The notes under the pieces: generated by a model
Seen by the model: only the letters and a program-made list of their open reading frames with translations
Databases searched by the model: none
What the model was told of the DNA's origin: nothing
Position numbers and translations under genes: made by a program
Assembly (NCBI GenBank): GCA_951406725.2
Contig: OX597814.1
Span: forward strand, 142,724,001 to 142,788,000
DNA from: Octopus vulgaris
Lineage: Eukaryota
Direction: 5' to 3'
Length of the DNA stretch: 64,000 nt
Part shown: positions 1 to 11,988 of the stretch, one piece after another
How positions within the stretch are numbered: the stretch's first letter is position 1
How the letters are laid out: each line of letters opens with the position of its first letter

Positions 1-159
1 TGAATTTTTAAAAACACTTTATAAAGTTCTTAAAGTTGGTTGAGCATGTATGTGAAAGAAAGAGAGACAGAAGTAGATCATGAAAGAGAGACAGATAGAG
101 ACATAAGACAGGGAGACAAAGAGAGAAGGAGATACATATATATATATATAAAGGGGAAG

Positions 160-273
160 TTTAAACAAACAAATGTATTAGTATAGCGCTCAGGAATAGA
201 AAAAGTCTTTTATGTTTCGAGCCTACGCTCTTCGACAGAAAGGGACACAGAAAAAAACAAGGAGAGAAAAAAA
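160..273 (-). mobile_element. Penelope-like pLTR remnant with degenerate minimal hammerhead motif
   Basis: Minus strand 240-207 reads ttCTGTCGA-a-gagc-gtag-gctc-GAAAC-ataaaag, i.e. CUGANGA-like / helix II / GAAAC architecture. Confidence 0.5.
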
Positions 274-405
274 ATATATATATTACATAACACATCATGT
301 GAAACAAAATCTATCTTAAAAAATAAACCTTAAAAGTATAAAACACACACACACACAAACACATACACACTCACACACAGAATCCACAGAAGTTATAAAA
401 CTTAC

Positions 406-602
406 CCGTTCCCGAAGACGTTTGTCATGGACTATAATAATATGTTCACAGCATTTGTTGTTTTCTACTATCACCTTTGCGGTCTCAGCAGCACGGTTAA
501 GGTCACTTGCAAAGACATGGGTAAAGTTCTCGTTCTGTAGCCGACCAGCTACCAGACGGACTTGGTCGAGACCAGTAGACGATAATTGCCAATCTTTCTG
601 GC
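406..602 (-). CDS. TIGAR: TIGAR-like histidine phosphatase (fructose-2,6-bisphosphatase/PGM family), internal coding exon, 197 bp
   Basis: Acceptor tattgcag| before 602 and donor CGG|gtaagt after 406. Reads (G)QKDWQLSSTGLDQVRLVAGRLQNENFTHVFASDLNRAAETAKVIVENNKCCEHIIIVHDKRLRER, with the family motifs LS-x-x-G, FTHVFxSDLxRA and RLRER (catalytic Glu). Phase matches the upstream exon (CAA G|GC CAG). Confidence 0.88.
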
Positions 603-939
603 CTGCAATAAGGAAATATCTCTTTAATGCTAAATATATCCAGACATGATAATTTAGTGACAATTTAGCTGATGTAATGTAGAAAGATACAGAAATAAAA
701 AAAAATAAATAAATATAAAATAAACAAAACAATACATATGCAGTGAAAATTCATCAAATGTTCAATCTACAATATGGTGTTTGTGTGTGTGTGTGTGTGT
801 GTGCACGTCCGTGTGCACATATATAACAAAAATGAGCTCAGAAAATAAGTCATGGCTGGTGGAATGTATTTGAACATAGACAAATACAGGTATATCAGAT
901 ACCATGCAATAAAAATTCTTGATTTATTAAAATTATCTC

Positions 940-1384
940 CAGCGCTGCCCCAACGGGCCTCCGTGCCGGTGGCATGTAAAAAAGCACCATCTGATCATGG
1001 CCGTTGCCAGCTTTGCCTGGCCCCCATGCTGGTGGCACGTAAAAAGCACAATCCGATTGTGACCGTTGCCAGCCTCGCCTGGCCCCCGTGCCAGTGGCAC
1101 GTAAAAAGCACCATCCGATCGTGGCCATTGCTAGCCTCGCCTGGCACGTAAAAAGCACCATCCGACCATGGCCGTTTGTCAGCCCCGTCTGGCACCTATG
1201 CCGGTGGCACGTAAAAAGCACCCACTACACTCACGGAGTGGTTGGCATTAGGAAGGGCATCCAGCTGTAGAAACATTGCCAGATCAGACTGGGCCTGGTG
1301 CAGCCTTCTGGCTTCCCAGACTCCAGTTGAACCGTCCAACCCATGCTAGCATGGAAAGCGGACGCTAAATGATGATGATGATGA
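940..1384 (+). mobile_element. RTE-tailed SINE or LINE 3' region with internal ~60-bp tandem units, young copy
   Basis: Five gtggcacgtaaaaagcacc units, then gtggttggcattaggaagggcatccagctgtagaaac...ccatgctagcatggaaagcggacg and a (GAT)n tail. The same tail recurs more than 12 times in the window. Confidence 0.8.
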
Positions 1385-1529
1385 ATTACCAAATGACAAT
1401 CAAAATGAGCTCCACCTGATAAAAGAGAGATTATTTCATGATTAATGAACTTTCCAAAGTTGATGGACCATTAAAGGAAAGGACAGGCATATTGTCAGAG
1501 ATACGAGGACAGTTGTGTACATATCATTT

Positions 1530-1758
1530 CTATTATGTTAAACTGTCGTATGTCCAAATTTGGTCAAATGCATTTTTTTTTTCAATATTTATTTTTGCTT
1601 GCAATAGCTGGTTCTTCTGGTCAAACTATCGTATCTCAAGCCACTTCGGATGCCAAGATATCAAAAATTGCCAAAGTGTTTTTGCTATGGAATGGTGAAA
1701 CTTTTTTGTTGTTTTCTGAAAAAACATTTTGGACTTACGGCATTTTTGCACAACAATA
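1530..1758 (+). mobile_element. MITE (non-autonomous DNA transposon), copy 1
   Basis: Imperfect ~27-bp TIRs (tattatgttaaactgtcgtatgtccaaa / tttggacttacggcatttttgcacaacaata). It aligns over its whole length to the reverse complement of 5857-6092. Confidence 0.7.
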
Positions 1759-2559
1759 TGTTTCTACCTCAATAGGTGTCATCAGTAAGACAATTTTCAA
1801 ACATTCCTCCAATAACCAAAGAATTTAGGCTTACACAAAAAGGAGAATACAACTATGCCTGAGAAATTTGTATTGTGCTGGTGCCACATAAAAGTAGATG
1901 TGCAGTGCCATGCAAAAGCATCCATACGGTGCCATGTAAAAGCACCCATACAGTTCCCATGTAAAAGTGCCTGTGTGGTGCCATATAAAAGCCCCCAGCA
2001 CACTCTGTAAAGTGGTTGATGTTAGGAAGGGCAAAAGGTGTATCACTGTGACATTAGATCATTGTAAAGCAGTAGGATGAACAACATATTTGGTTGACAG
2101 GCAGAATGTCGAATTTATTATTGTAGGTCACAAAGTTTTGGCATTAAATTCAAAAAGCTTGTGTGTCAGTTTTCTGACACACAATGTTGTGTTTATTATT
2201 ATAGCTCTTGTAAACCGTTTGAAACCTCTAAGGGTCACTTTACCTGCTAGAGATAGCAGCCCAAATGCTCTAACATCAGATCCCAATGCTGGATGTTCAA
2301 GAACCAAATGAAGGTCAGATTTTTAATCCTGGGATCATCTTGATTCCAAAAAGATGTAATATGTCAATGTAGAGTAAATGTAGACTGAGATACATGGGTG
2401 CCGGACAGACAGAATCTTACTTTTATTTATACAGAAGTAACAGTGTCAGTACAAAATACAGCCACTGTTTGAAAGAAGTAAACCATGACTTTTTTCTTTT
2501 TTTTATTCACTTACTGGAAAGAAGAGTAACCATCATAACTTCTGTGCACCCTTTGAGAC

Positions 2560-3620
2560 AACTGGAATTGATGCCATTAATGCTTTGTTTAAACTATTGC
2601 AAGTCAACACCAGCAAGAAATGGGGAGGAAATTCTAGTGGGATAATACTTTGGGAAGGAAGGACTAGTAAATGCAAAGCCTAGAGAGTTGGACACAAAGA
2701 TGATAACAGAGGGTCTTGTTCCTTCTTCACTCACACCGGGAGTACTTGAGTGAAGGAGGAACAAGACAACCAACTCTAGGGTAGATGCCATTATGGTATT
2801 GTGATAGCAATTGTAGTAAAAAAGACAGATAGGAGAAAGCATTCTTGTAAGCATGAGTGATTTTATGCCAGTCAGTTAAGTGGTCTTTGTTTGGTCATGG
2901 TCTAACATTTCTGAATGTATAGTAGCAGCACCATTCCAGATATGAGTAGTATTCCATTGTGTGTCCTACTTGAGCCTTGTAGAACATTAGCACTTGTCAG
3001 AAGCTTAGATATTTTCAGACCCTGATAAGAAGGGTCAGTCTTTGGGGGTATAGTACCGACTATGTTGAGAATGTGCCTGGTCATAGCGGGGCCTAAAATT
3101 TGGATCAACCATGAAAGCTGGCTGTAAGTTGAGTGTTGTTCATGTTTAAGTTGGGTGTGGTGCAAAGCTGTTTTCTTAATATGAGTAGTGCCTGAGTTGT
3201 TTTTGCCTGCTGATAGAGACAAAAATTGGCCAAGCTGCACTGGATCATGTTTATAGGTTTCCATTCATGAAATTGGTACTGGTTTGGTGAGTGGCGTTTA
3301 GATTGTATGAGGATGATGCAGGTTTGAGGACGATTAGGGTGGAATGAAAGTTTGTACCATCTGTGTAAAAGAATGCATGGTTGCATGGTCATTGATTGTA
3401 GGTCATTGATATATAGAAGGAAGAAGAGAGTATGGAATAAAACCCAATCCTAGTGCTCATCAAATCTGATTGAGAAAGGGACAGAAACAGTTCTATCGAT
3501 ATGCTGTGATGATGTGATCTGATAAGAAAAGGAGCGGAAGACAAAAACCAAATCCTGGAGGATATTGAAGTAGGTTCAGAATGGGAGAGAAAGAACTCCA
3601 TCACCACACACTATGATTGT
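2560..3620 (-). mobile_element. Decayed L2/CR1-group LINE reverse transcriptase fragment
   Basis: Frameshifted minus-strand remnants: a PQGSVLSPLLFLI-like stretch near 3520-3560, ICLFYYN near 2810-2830, and Y*SFLPKVLSH*NFLP (SFFPRT..WNSLP-like) near 2620-2670. Confidence 0.55.
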
Positions 3621-4842
3621 ATGATCTGAAAGGAAACTACTGATGCAAAAGATGAGAGAAGGATGGAACTTGTAGGTACAAAGTTTTGATAGTAGATTTG
3701 TATAACAAACATAGTTAAAAACTTTACTGAAATTTAGAGCAGCAATGTTATTTTTACTGACTTTCTAAAGGGCAAGAACCCCACTGGTGGGTCTCCACTA
3801 GGTTTGGGTCTATGGAAGCCTTACTGGTGGCCATTAAAGAGAGAGAGAGAGAGAGAAAGAGAGAGGAGATACACGATGATGGAGAATGTTGCTGTTGATG
3901 GCCGTCTCCATTACTTCAGAAATATTGAGAATGAGTGCAATTCCTATTGATACTATTGGTACTGCCAAACAGCCTCTTGCAAAGTGAACTCCTAAACAAA
4001 CAATACAACAGTGTTTCCTTCATGTAACTGATTCACACAGAAATAGCCGAGACAGGAGAGCTCTTCAACATAACAACACTGTTTAGCAAAGTGGCAACCA
4101 TCAATAACATTGAAATAGAATAAATTGATTGCCATGATAGATAAAAACCGAGTCTCGATTTAGTAACAAGTCCAGACAGCTTCCTTACAATTCACCAACA
4201 AAAATAATGACCATAGCAAAAAATCCCTAGCCAAACTACTTCAGTTACTTTCCCAAAATTTCCTTGAAAGTGGTAAACACATACAAATCTAAATTTAGAC
4301 AAATAAGAAAAAGGTGGTGTTAGGGGAAGGGGTGGCAGACATGGCTGTGTGATTGAGACACTTTGTTTTGCAAGCATGTGGTTTTGGGTTCAGTTACACA
4401 GCACAGCACCTTGAGCAAGTGTCTTGAGCAAGTGTCAATCAATGCTTTCCGAGTGAATTTAGCAGGTGGAAACTGTGTGGAAGCCAATCGTGTGTGTGTG
4501 TGTGTGTGTGTGTATGTATTTGTGACATTTGTTTCTACTCTGCCTGAAGAACTGGAGTTGTCTTGTTCGTGTCCTTGTAACTTAATGGTTCAGTAAAAGA
4601 AACCAACAGAATAAGTGCCAGACTTAAGAAAACAAATACTGGAGGTGACTTGTTTGACCAAACCCTTCAAGGCAGTGACCAAGCATGCCTGTTGTCCAAT
4701 GACTGGAACAAAGATCAAAGTATAAAAGATATGTCCTACTTGCAAGAAAGAAAATAAGATATATTCTAATAATTCACAGACATATTCTTTTATTCTTTTA
4801 CTTGTTTCAGTCATCAGACTGTGGCCATGCTGGAGTACCACA

Positions 4843-5210
4843 TCATCATCATCATCATTTAACACCTGCTATCCATGCTGGATGGTTGGACGGTTTGACC
4901 AGGCTGGCATGCTGGAAGGCTGCATCAGACTCCAGTCTGATTTGGCATGGTTTTCTATGGCTGGATGCCCTTTCTAATGCAAACCCCTCTGAGAGTATAA
5001 TGGGTGCTTTTATGTGCCATTAGCCTGACACCAGGGTGGTTTTATGTGCCACCGGCATGGGTGCCATTTGCATGACACCAGAATCTGCTACAACTGCGAT
5101 TTTGCTCAGCTTGATGGGTCTTCTTCTCTAGCACAACATAATGCCAAAGGCCTCCGTCATTGCCTCTGTGAGGCCCAACACTCGAAAGGAACTCAGCCAC
5201 TTTGCCTCCT
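4843..5210 (-). mobile_element. RTE-tailed SINE, older copy
   Basis: (CAT)n, then tttaacacctgctatccatgctgg...ggctggatgccctttctaatgc, the reverse complement of the 940-1384 tail. Confidence 0.7.
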
Positions 5211-5856
5211 TGAAAAATTTTTAGTCACATGATACAACCCCAATACTTGTTTTTTTAAGCCTGGTACTTATTCTATCAGTCTCTTTTTGCCGAACCACTA
5301 AGTTATGGGAACATAAACAACACCAGTCGTCAAGTGGAGTAGGGTAAGAGTGGGAGAACAAGCATACACACATATACATAAACATACATGTATATGTATG
5401 TGTGTGTACATGCTTCTGTGTTTGTCCCCCTACCCCACCACTTGACAACCGGGCTTCTTTTGGTTTCCATCTACCAAATCCAGTCATAAGGCTTTGGTCA
5501 GCTCGAGGCTATAGTAGAAGACACTTGCCCAAGGTACCACACATAGTGGGACTGAACCCAGAACCATGTGATTGGGAAGCAAACTTCTTCCCACAGATCC
5601 ACTCCTGTCCCTTGTGTCTCATAGTAAACAAAATCATTGAATGAATAATCAGAAAACATTATATTGTTAAGGAAAATCTTTAGCTAAATTATATAATCAC
5701 TTCAAGTTCTAACCAGGCAGAGGCTACCTCAAATAACTTCTACAGTATTACAATTTAGTGCTATAAGTAGCTGTTTGAGTATTCTTTTGTAGATATGGTG
5801 TATAAGCACTTTGGAAAGATGATAATGGAATTATATGTTATAAATATATTGTTGCT

Positions 5857-6092
5857 ATTATGCAAAAGTGTCGTAAGTCCAAAATGTTGCTTTTTCAGAA
5901 AACAAAAAAAATAGCTTCACCATTCCACAGCAAAGTCGTTGTACTACACTTCAACAATTTTTGATATTTTGGCTTCTAAAGCAGCTGGAGATACGAAAGT
6001 TTGACCAAAAGAACCAGCTGTTGCAAGCAAAAAATAAATATTGAAAAACACACATTTGGCCAAATTTGGACATACAACAGTTTACCATAATA
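5857..6092 (-). mobile_element. MITE, copy 2 (inverted relative to 1530-1758)
   Basis: tattatgcaaaagtgtcgtaagtccaaa...tttggacatacaacagtttaccataatag, with internal sequence shared with copy 1. Confidence 0.7.
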
Positions 6093-6249
6093 GCAACAAT
6101 ATGATTACAATACATTGATATAACTACTAGAATGGCTAGGTAATGGTAAAATAAACATCAGAGATGCTTTGCCCCATGCAAGAAGCTGCAGGAGCTAATC
6201 AGAGATATTGCAAGCTCTTCAAAATCCATTACTATACTGGAAACCCTCC

Positions 6250-6694
6250 CATATCCTCAGCAAGTATCTCAGGATTACAAGCATTTCAACCCTTAGCCTG
6301 TACATTTCACCAGAGCGGGGCAGTGACAACTGAGCTAGTCTTCACCTACAGAAGGGTTCCACTTGCAGTCTGTTATCAACCAAAGCCATCTTGAGCAAGT
6401 TTCAGCTGTTATGCCAATTTTCTTGATGGCTTTCTTCAGTTGTCTGGGCTCCAGATCTATCTTTTGCAGGAAATAGCACACTGATCTAGATAAAAAGCCA
6501 TGGCAGCTGACTCCAAAGGAGAATGAAGTTGCATGCCAGCCCTTGATAAAAGCCTTCTCAACAAAGTACTGATATTTCGATTTCTTTACCTGGTGAAAAA
6601 TATCGACACTTTCCTCTCAGGGCACAGTGAATTCAACCACGATGATTGTATTCCTGGAGAGCAGGAACATGTCTGGCCGGGGTGATGCAATATG
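6250..6694 (-). mobile_element. HERO-like (R2 group) non-LTR retrotransposon 3' end: restriction-like endonuclease domain plus 3' UTR
   Basis: 6694-6335 translates without frameshift to HIASPRPDMFLLSRNTIIVVEFTVP*EESVDIFHQVKKSKYQYFVEKAFIKGWHATSFSFGVSCHGFLSRSVCYFLQKIDLEPRQLKKAIKKIGITAETCSRWLWLITDCKWNPSVGED*. This matches the RPD...IELTVPWE...KxxKY...GW...EVGCRGF...AExxSRWLW signature. One stop (6617-6619) falls at the conserved Trp. Confidence 0.8.
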
Positions 6695-6984
6695 AATTCT
6701 TAAAAGCCAGAATTCAAGTTCTTACAACCAATAGTACCATCATGGAGAAGCCAGTAATCTAGAGTATTGTAGAGATTATATAAATCCTTAATGGTCACCT
6801 CAGATATCATTGTCATCATCATTCGACATCCTTCAGCCTCAGTTCTCTTAACTACTATTTATGCGGCAGACTTTTGCTTATTTCAATGTAAAGAGGAAGC
6901 AAGTGTAGTATGCTTCTTATAATGGTTTCTGCTTGAGGCAGATAGTCAGCAGTCTTGAGGGGGTGGGTGGGATTAGTTAATACC

Positions 6985-7215
6985 TGTTTCTTTATTACCC
7001 CCAAGGGGCTAAACATAGAGGGGACAAACAAGGACAGACAAACGAATTAAGTCGATTATATCGACCCCAGTGCGTAACTGGTACTTAATTTATCGACCTC
7101 GAAAGGATGAAAGGCAAAGTCGACCTCGACGGAATTTGAACTCAGAACGTAACGACAGACAAAATACTACTAAGAATTTTGCCCGGCGTGCTAACGATTC
7201 TGCCAGATCACTGCC
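6985..7215 (-). mobile_element. Meta-type tRNA-derived SINE, full length, with TSD
   Basis: Central gcctttcatcctttcgaggtcgataaattaagtaccag (Meta-domain-like), a gagttcaaattcc B-box, and a 12-bp direct repeat ttagttaatacc at 6973-6984 and 7216-7227. Confidence 0.8.
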
Positions 7216-8276
7216 TTAGTTAATACCATCATAACTCCAGTGATATAAAAGGCAAAGGTGACCCCAGTAAGAATCAAACTCATGCATAAAGAATTAGAAA
7301 AAATGCCACAAGACATTTTGTCTGACACTCTGACGATGCTGCTAACTAACTGTCTTTATGCTTGTTATAATAAGAAAGATTAATAGCAGTGGCTTGAATA
7401 AATTGGCATTTAAATATATGATGGGCTGCTGTGATTTTAACCCCAGGAACAGCCTTGTTTATCAGGCTGCCAGCTTGTATAGCAGAGAATATGTTGTCCA
7501 ACGTAACCTTCTTCTTTATGATGGTTAAGGTGTGATTGGGGAAGATTTGGCTGCTATTTCCAGCAGGTTGAGTGTCTACATTGAAGCTCCAACTCTGGCT
7601 TGTAATACATTGAATCAAAGCAAGGTTATTTAACTGTGATTGGTTAACATTGAGTTTAAAACTGTTGCATAGCAATTGTTTAATATCATAACAGAAGAAA
7701 GATAGAGAAGAGGTGAGAGGGAAAGTGAGGGAGAAAGGAAGATAGATAGATAGGGAGAGAGAAAGAGAGAGAGAGAGAGACAGAAGGAGATGGAGAGAGA
7801 GAGGGGGGTGGGCAAGTCGAAGTGTTCATTAGTAGTGGTTGATCAATAGACTAGGAGTAGTAACTGAAGAAAAGAATAGAGGAAGACAGAGGAGGATGTA
7901 ACAAGACAAAACAAATGTAAGTGGGAGGACATTGACCAAAGCAAGAAAGATAATCAACAAAAAAGGCTTGCAAAATTATTTCTTTTACTCTGCAAACTTT
8001 GTACACTTCTGTACAAAAGTTTGTTTTTTTTGTGCTACTTGTAACAAAAGTTGCAGCCGTAGATAAGTGTTTATAGTATAATAGATTCAGCCTTTGGCCT
8101 GTATGGAAATCACATGTTGCTTTTTGTGAAGTGTGTGTATGTGTGTGTGTGTGTGTGCAGATGTGGCTGTGTGGTTAAGATCATTTTGCAACCATATGTT
8201 CAGGTTCAGTTCCACTGTGTGGTGCTTTGAGCAAGTATCTTCCTCTATAGCCCCAGGCTAACCAATTTCTAGTAAC

Positions 8277-8508
8277 CAAGGCTGTGGAGTCGAAACCAAA
8301 AAACTTCAAATCCGACTCCTCTTTATGTAATTAAGTGATTGTGGTCTACATATCTCATAAAGCATATGCATATACTTTGAGTAAGCCTATATGTTATAAC
8401 TAATTTATATTATAGAATAAAGATATTGTGAGTCGGAGTCACTATAGTTGTACTGACTCTGACTCTAGCTATCCCTTAATTGTTTCCGACTTCGACTCCA
8501 CAGCCCTG
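8277..8508. mobile_element. hAT-type MITE nested in a CORE-type SINE (~8155-8770)
   Basis: TIRs caaggctgtggagtcgaa / ttcgactccacagccctg, subterminal gagtc/gactc repeats, and an 8-bp TSD ctagtaac / ctagtgac. Confidence 0.85.
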
Positions 8509-9511
8509 CTAGTGACTGAATCTGGTTAGACAGAAACTGTGTGGAAGTGCATCGTGTGTGCGTGCGTGCGTGCGTGCGTGCATGTGCACGTTTGTCCCTC
8601 CTACTCATGGACACCTGGTGTTGGTTTATCTATATCCTTCTAACTCAGTAATTTTAGCAAAGAAATTACCGATACAATAACTACCAGAAAAAAAAAAAAA
8701 ACAATAAATGCTGGTGTGAATTTGTTTGACAGGCCACAATCCAATGACTGAAACAAGTAAATGATAAAAGAAATAACAATATGTTTCTCTGATTTCTGTT
8801 CAGAATCAACAGATTAAACCAGTGAGTCTGGCAACGCAGGCAAACACCAAGTTATCATATTAGGATTACAGCCAGCAGACAAGAGAACTGTGCAGAAATA
8901 TTTTGCATGTGTATGAGGTCTTTGTTTTCACATGAGACACATCAACTTAAATTTATTTACAATGCTGGTATTCATATTATACACTGAATAGTGACGTGAT
9001 CAATCCACCCTAGAACAATCATTAGCTGGTGTGTTTTCAAAAGGGTGTGTGTGGGGTGTGTGTGTTAGTGAGTGCTGCAAATTTTAAGCTCGGAGCAAGG
9101 TACAGTAGATAAGTCACATGCGGTTTCTTGCACATGACTTTTTAAGAAAAAAACAAAATATGCAAAAAAAAAAACAACAATAAAAAGAACTGATTTATCT
9201 ACAAGTCAGCATCATTATCATTTAATGTCTGTCTTCCACGCCGGCTGGCATGAGTGGAACAGTTTGACACAAACTGACAACCAAATAACTGCACCAGGCT
9301 TCACGTCTGCCTTGGCATGGTTTCTATGTCTGGATGCCCTTCTTAATGCCAACCACTTTACAGAGTGTACTTGGTGCTTTTTGTGTTGCACCAGCACTGG
9401 TGCTTTTTACATAGCACTGGCGGGGTTGCCAACTAATTTAATCCCCTCAGCTGGGAGACAGAGTCATACTGGAGGAGGAGGCTTTGTGCTAGTTGAGAGG
9501 TTAAAGTATAA

Positions 9512-9895
9512 TCTCTCTCTGAAGTTGTCTGTGTATGGCAGGTTTGGTAGCCTTCAACTAACACTATCTCCTCCGAGACCCTGCGGTGCAAGTTGACCAA
9601 AATTGAGAGTATGATAGAAGAAGGCCTGCTCTTCCTTCCGTAGAAGAAAAAATTCAAATCGAACTATGTTAACACCAAAAATTATTTACACCAAAAAGGT
9701 GCTTTTTTTCTATGAAAATCCCCATTTTTTTAACGATTTTTTGACAACTGTGTTACCATTTTTCGGTGTATTTCAACCAGAAAAATGTTCACTTAAAGAG
9801 AATAACAAGCTACATAATGCAAAATTTTTACTTTTCAAAAATTCCAATTCTAAAGGGTCGAAACAAACCTGAGCAACACTGGGCGATACTGCTAG
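9512..9895 (+). mobile_element. Non-autonomous Helitron, copy 1
   Basis: a|TC start, 3' hairpin cctgagcaacactggg followed by CTAG|t. Collinear with 24637-25029. Confidence 0.8.
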
Positions 9896-11499
9896 TAGAG
9901 GGATAGAGACAGGTGTATTACTCTAGGGGGAGATACTTGGCTACCTAAGTAGGGAGAGGAAGAAGACATAAAGACAGACAGCGTGAGAAAGAGGACATCT
10001 CTACAAGACATTCCCACAGTGGGAAGAATAGAAATGGAAAAGAGGGAGACAGGTTTTTTTTTTATAAGAGTGTGAAGGGAGATATTTAGAGATGGAGATA
10101 AGGAGACTGTAGCAAGTGATGTGAGAGAAACTGAAGTGGGTGGTGGTGGCCATGGTAGATATGAGAGGGCATTGAGAATGTGTGGGTATACATGTGAGGG
10201 AGAGTAGAGGGACCTGTAACAGGCAGTGGTCATGGTTGTTGGAAGGTGGGTTGTGGGAGGACTTCTGACAGATTGTGTGTGCAGTATTTGCAGAGTAGAT
10301 CATCACCAATTTCCTCAAATTATACAGTTTCACTTATATGTGTGCATGTATACAAATATGAATACTTACACATGCACACACAAACATATACATTACACAT
10401 ACATTCATACAGATGTAAGCATGGCTATATGGATACACTAAGTTACAGGGATGTAAACAAAACAACACCAGTTGTCAAGCAGTGGTGGGAGACTAACACA
10501 AATATAAGACACACACACACACATATATATATCATGTGGTCGCATGATCATTAGGCTACTGGATGTTGTTATACATCCCTGGTCACAATGTGCTTTTGCA
10601 TTATTTTTAGTGCTTTTGAATTCTTTTCTACTCTAAGCATAAGGCCCGAAATTTTGGAGGAGGGGAGCAGTCATTTAGATCAACCCCAGTACACAGCAGG
10701 TATTTAATTTATCAACTCCAAAAGGATGAAAGGCAAAGCCAACCTCGGCAGAATTTGAACTCAGAAGGTAAAGACATATGAAATACCGCCCGGCATGCTA
10801 ACGTTTCTGCCAGCTCGATGCTGTGTTAGCTTTTGAATGATGCCACTCTGTTGACTAGATGAGTAAGCCAACATTCCCCCTAATCAGAAGGCTAGTCCAT
10901 TGCAGGGTCACCCATTTACAGCTGAGTAGACTGGAGCAATGTAAAATGAAGTGTTTTGTTCAAGAGTGTAACACATAGCTGGTCTGGGAATTGAAACTAC
11001 GATCTCATGATCGCTAGTGCAACAGACCTAACCAATAGGCCACATGCGTTCACACACACACACATGCGCATGCTCACTGGGCTTTCACAGTTTCCATCTA
11101 CCAAATTCACTCATAAAGTTTTGATTGGCAAGGATGTAGTAGACAACATTTAATGAAGGTGTTGAAGATATATAAGTGTGTATGTGTGTGTGTGTGTGCA
11201 CGTGTGTATATAGATATTTATGAAATGAAAGCAGGTTTGAAGAAAAAAATCATTAGGCTATTGCATACACTTTCTGGGTATTTAGTGGATCTACCAACTG
11301 AAAACTCTCTAAGGGATCCTCTATGTGATCACTCAAATTGCTAAAAATAGCAGCCAAGCTTCTATCAACACACTGCAAAATCTCAAAAGAATAAATAAAA
11401 AATGACAAGAGAATCATGGTTATTTGGATCATAGGTCTACTCAATCAGGGCTAACCAGTGGCTAAACAACAACAACAACAGCAGCAGCAGCAAAAGTCA

Positions 11500-11790
11500 A
11501 CACGGTGAATCATCAGATGCTACAGAATGTAGAAATCTGCAGAAATAACCACTTATCCAATTATGTAATATGAAGATGGCAGACGGTGCTAAGTGCAGTA
11601 CCCACTTCAACAGACTCCAACCTCTGCAACAGATATCTGATGGAGCCTCAAATACTACAAAGCTCGCCCATCAACCCACTTTCAAGAGCAATTCAAACAG
11701 CACCAAATACCCCCACTATATTCTGCAGAGGAACAGCGAGTCCTGAAGAGAGGTAACAGAAGATCAAAAGCATATTGGCGCTAGGTTTCA
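11500..11790 (+). mobile_element. Possible decayed LTR-retrotransposon integrase C-terminal fragment
   Basis: NYVI..KMADGAKCSTHFNRLQP resembles the NYxI...VHFNRLKP end of Gypsy-type integrases. Short and frameshifted. Confidence 0.25.
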
Positions 11791-11851
11791 ATTGACTAGA
11801 TTCTGTTGTTTTTTGCTCTGCTTAAGTGTTTTATCATGTTTAAAAAAGTTG

Positions 11852-11988
11852 CACCACCGTCACCACTGCAGCAGCTGCCACCACCACCACTATTGCCACC
11901 GTTACCACTGCTGCAGCTGCCACCACCACCACCACCACCACCACCACCATCACTATCAGCAGCACCACTACCATCACCATCATCATTT
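11852..11988. repeat. Imperfect (CCA)n/(CAT)n microsatellite at the tail of an antisense RTE-tailed repeat
   Basis: Visible trinucleotide runs. They explain the poly-Pro, poly-His and poly-Val ORFs in the track. Confidence 0.85.

Noticed and set aside
316-732. 138-aa ORF as a complete protein
   Set aside because: Only 602-406 is exon. The flanks are intron read-through past clear splice sites.
852-1270. Overlapping ORFs with repeated CQWHVKST/MVLFTC motifs, and a superficially CRISPR-like array
   Set aside because: These are translations of tandem units in a high-copy retroposon. The intervening sequences are similar to each other rather than unique spacers, there are no cas genes, and the context is eukaryotic.
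9900-10240. Possible Penelope RT remnant on the minus strand
   Set aside because: Only a faint resemblance in purine-rich decayed sequence, too weak to call.
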